Of a DNA stretch of 64,000 nucleotides, positions 63,236 to 64,000 are shown in pieces. The DNA is from Heptranchias perlo. Its lineage: Eukaryota. The position numbers and the translations under genes were made by a program. The stretch lies in assembly GCF_035084215.1 (NCBI RefSeq), contig NW_027139558.1, forward strand, positions 62,001 to 126,000, given 5' to 3'. Position 1 is the stretch's first letter. Each line of letters starts with the position of its first letter. The notes under the pieces are model-generated. The model saw only the letters and a list, made by a program, of their open reading frames with translations. It searched no databases and had not been told where the DNA came from.

Positions 63236-63810
63236 CAGCGAGAGTCTCTGCACTCAGGGGAATCAGTGAAAGGGGGGAGGGGAGAGAGGAGGGGGGAGGG
63301 GAGAGAGGGAGGGGGTGGGGGTGAGAGGAGGGGGGAGGGGAGAGAGGAGGGGGGAGGGGGTGAGGGAATGGAGTGGGAAGGGTGGTGGGAGGGGCACTGC
63401 AACGGGCAATTTAAATTGCTGATCACCCGGGGCTGCTGGACTCAGCGCTCGGGGGGAGGTATCCCCGATTCCGGGAAACTCCCAGTCATTCCGGGAGGGA
63501 TGGGAACCCTGTGTAAGACTGGAGTCACCTATAGGCCAGACCAGGTTTCCTTCCCTAAAGGACATGAGTGAACCAGTTGGGGTTTTGAGGACAATCCGAC
63601 AGTTTGAGGGTCACTTTTCCTGATCCCAGCTCTTTCTTTCCAGATGATGAAACCCAGGCCTCCGGATCACTGGTCCAGTGACAGATCCACGAAACCACCG
63701 CCCCCCAACCCATCGCCAGTGTGAATCAGAGAGCAGGTTAGTTCACTTGGAGCAGTGCAGTGTGGTTTAAATGTGAAGTGACTGGGCTCAGTGAGAGTGA
63801 AAGGGGTGGA

Positions 63811-63893
63811 GGTTAGTGTACGGGTGTGTATCACAGTGTCTATACAGTGGGTGGCACAGTGTGAGGAACGGGGACTCTCTCCATTCACAAACC
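63811..63893 (+). other. D1 segment (63839-63854) with 5' 12-RSS and 3' 23-RSS
   Basis: GGTTAGTGT-12-CACAGTG | TCTATACAGTGGGTGG | CACAGTG-23-TCACAAACC. This is the 12/23 layout of shark D1, ~600 bp after V. Confidence 0.85.
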
Positions 63894-64000
63894 TGCCTCA
63901 CCACAACTGTTTAAATTGGACTCTTGGGGACAAATCACCGGCCTTCACCTCGTGTCCCGTGGATATAAATCAGCTCCTGATTAAATAATCTGGGAGGGCA

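Overview
Eukaryotic, repeat-rich DNA from a cartilaginous fish (inferred from IgW-type genes and Deu-domain SINEs), with three assembly gaps. (1) 3.9-17.1 kb (+): the constant half of an IgW heavy-chain cluster, comprising CH1-CH6 with the long secretory tail, a separate Cys-rich short secretory-tail exon after CH2, and TM1/TM2 exons. All splice sites are in phase. (2) 29.8-41.0 kb (-): an intact two-exon GPR139/GPR142-like class A GPCR (395 aa). Its ~10 kb intron is almost entirely a 30-bp satellite and its N-terminus is encoded by a 42-bp repeat. The gene lies between two mirror-image arms built from the same ordered minisatellite modules (~20.6-22.7 kb and ~41.9-46.3 kb), with no transposase visible. 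(3) 62.6-63.9 kb (+): the start of a second IgW-type cluster (TATA, leader, VH with 23-RSS, D1 with 12/23-RSS). The rest is SINEs, CR1/L2/Tx1/Penelope fragments and more than 15 tandem arrays. Most ORFs in the supplied track are repeat artefacts.
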